Shown here: positions 60,749-64,000 of the stretch, piece by piece
Numbering within the stretch: the first letter of the stretch is position 1
Layout: every line of letters begins with the position of its first letter
Assembly (NCBI GenBank): GCA_965215015.1
Contig: OZ244042.1
Span: 4,736,001 to 4,800,000 of the forward strand
DNA from: Candidatus Poribacteria bacterium
GTDB lineage: Bacteria; Poribacteria; WGA-4E; PCPOR2b
Reading direction: 5' to 3'
DNA: 64,000 nucleotides
The notes under the pieces: model-generated
Told to the model about the DNA's origin: nothing
Databases searched by the model: none
Seen by the model: only the letters and a program-made list of their open reading frames with translations
Translations under genes and position numbers: made by a program

Positions 60749-61495
60749 TCAGGCTGCGGCTTCTAAAATATCATCGGAGATATCGAAGTTTGCATAAACT
60801 TTCTGGACATCGTCGCTATCTTCCAAAGCCTCCATCAACCGTAGCATCCGCTCCGCTTCCTTACCTTCTGATTTCACTGTATTTTGGGGAAGCATCGTCA
60901 GTTCAGCTTCAAGAATCGTCGCACCGGACGCCTCGACCGCTTCTCTAACTGGCTCAAAATTTTCGGGAGAGGTGATAATCTCAAGGTGCTCAGACTGAAC
61001 TGTCAAATCCTCCGCCCCCGAATCGAGTGCAATCATAAAAAGCTCATCTTCGTCAATACTACCCTTTTCGATAATCATCCAACCCCGTTTATCAAACAAC
61101 CATGAAACGCAGCCGCGTTCCCCCATATTTCCGCCATGTTTGGTTAAAATATGTCTGACATCCGCAATCGCTCGGTTCCTGTTATCGGTCAAGACATCGA
61201 TCATGATTGCGACCCCACCGGGGCCGTATCCTTCGTATACAATTTCTTCATAATCCACACCGTCAAGTTCGCCAGTCCCGCGTAGAATTGCCTTTTCGAT
61301 TGTATCATTCGGTACATTCTTTGATTTTGCCGCTAACACTGCGGATCTCAAACGCGGATTCACTTGGGTATCGGCACCACCGATTCGCGCTGCGACCGTG
61401 ATTTCCTTAATCAATTTCGAGAAGAGCTTACCACGCTTCGCATCAACAGCAGCCTTACGGTGTTTAATTGACGACCATTTTGAATGACCTGACAT
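60749..61495 (-). CDS. yebC: YebC/PmpR family protein
   Basis: [28 protein letters not shown] and DDVQKVYAN. Confidence 0.96.
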   Translation of the reverse strand: MSGHSKWSSIKHRKAAVDAKRGKLFSKLIKEITVAARIGGADTQVNPRLRSAVLAAKSKNVPNDTIEKAILRGTGELDGVDYEEIVYEGYGPGGVAIMIDVLTDNRNRAIADVRHILTKHGGNMGERGCVSWLFDKRGWMIIEKGSIDEDELFMIALDSGAEDLTVQSEHLEIITSPENFEPVREAVEASGATILEAELTMLPQNTVKSEGKEAERMLRLMEALEDSDDVQKVYANFDISDDILEAAA

Positions 61496-61526
61496 CTGTT
61501 CCTCTCCTATTCGTAGAATCTAGTGT

Positions 61527-61555
61527 ATTTTAGCATACAGGTAAAACAGATGCAA
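61527..61555 (-). promoter_or_regulatory. sigma-70 promoter of yebC-ruvCAB
   Basis: TTGCAT-17 nt-TAAAAT with TG extension. Confidence 0.6.
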
Positions 61556-61648
61556 GAAAATTGTCTTGCGATTGTAGTTACTGGTTTTTAATAAAACGCA
61601 AGTGAGTCAGGGGGCTAAGACGGAAAGAAAATGAGAGAATTAGAAAAC

Positions 61649-61801
61649 GAGTTCCCCTTCATAAGAGAAAGTTCCGGTTTCGTTTCTTCGTTCTTCTCCC
61701 GATGGAACCATGAATCCACGAGGCCATACGCATTCCCTTGGGAGGGCAACCGAATCGGGACTAGCACCCCCTTCGCCTCCTCCTGCTTGCGGGGGTAACT
61801 C
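61649..61801 (+). ncRNA. candidate rod-shaped structured RNA (6S-like or unknown)
   Basis: End-to-end pairing GAGTTCCCC/GGGGGTAACTC, GTTCCGGTTTCG/CGAATCGGGAC and TTCTCCCGA/TTGGGAGGG; G-U pairs favour the + strand. Confidence 0.4.
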
Positions 61802-61810
61802 ATTGCGTAT

Positions 61811-61847
61811 AAAAAAAAGCCCCAATCAAAAGATTGAGGCTTTATTT
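61811..61847 (-). terminator. intrinsic terminator of the rRNA operon (possibly bidirectional)
   Basis: Minus strand GCCTCAATC-TTTT-GATTGGGGC followed by T8. Confidence 0.8.
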
Positions 61848-61851
61848 AGCT

Positions 61852-61968
61852 TCCCGGCAACGACCTACTTTCCCACGAAGTTACCCTCGAAGTATCATCA
61901 GCGCTGAAGGGCTTAACTACCGTGTTCGGAATGGGTACGGGTGTTTCCCCTCCGCTCTTGCCACCGGA
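61852..61968 (-). rRNA. rrf: 5S rRNA
   Basis: Reverse complement contains ACACCCGTACCCATTCCGAACACGGTAGTTAAG and GGGAAAGTAGGTCGTTGCCGG. Confidence 0.95.
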
Positions 61969-62037
61969 AAATATGGGAATCTATGATTCCAAAATATTTG
62001 ACAATTGTATAGATTTAAATATTAAGCTATAGAGTAA

Positions 62038-64000
<1,963 letters not shown>

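Overview
Bacterial chromosomal window, most consistent with Candidatus Poribacteria. This is an inference from the repeated PhyH and Gfo/Idh/MocA paralogues, TPR proteins, urea uptake/urease and diderm envelope genes. Housekeeping content: murQ (partial), mtaB, rpsT, a porin-urtABCDE-ureDABC cluster with a sigma-54-type promoter, selA-selB-tRNA(Sec), mutL, lnt-prfB-lysS-lolC/E-lolD-ilvE-bamA-skp-lpxD, an ECF sigma/anti-sigma/TPR operon, thiE, yajC, queA, ruvCAB, yebC, 5S rRNA and part of 23S rRNA. The most unusual feature is a 948-bp non-coding element (5883-6830) bounded by ~100-bp imperfect inverted modules. It carries 18 exact TGTTAG/CTAACA hexamers arranged as hairpins with compensatory changes, and it lies directly upstream of a decayed VirE-N/BT4734-like primase gene. 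Other observations: an Arg-rich multi-zinc-ribbon protein, two copies of a MITE with 6-bp target duplications (one between ureB and ureC), frameshifts in ureB and ilvE, GTAG-type REP families, heptamer repeats inside CDSs, and a ~150-nt rod-like RNA candidate after the 5S gene. All calls come from reading the sequence by eye; no searches were run.
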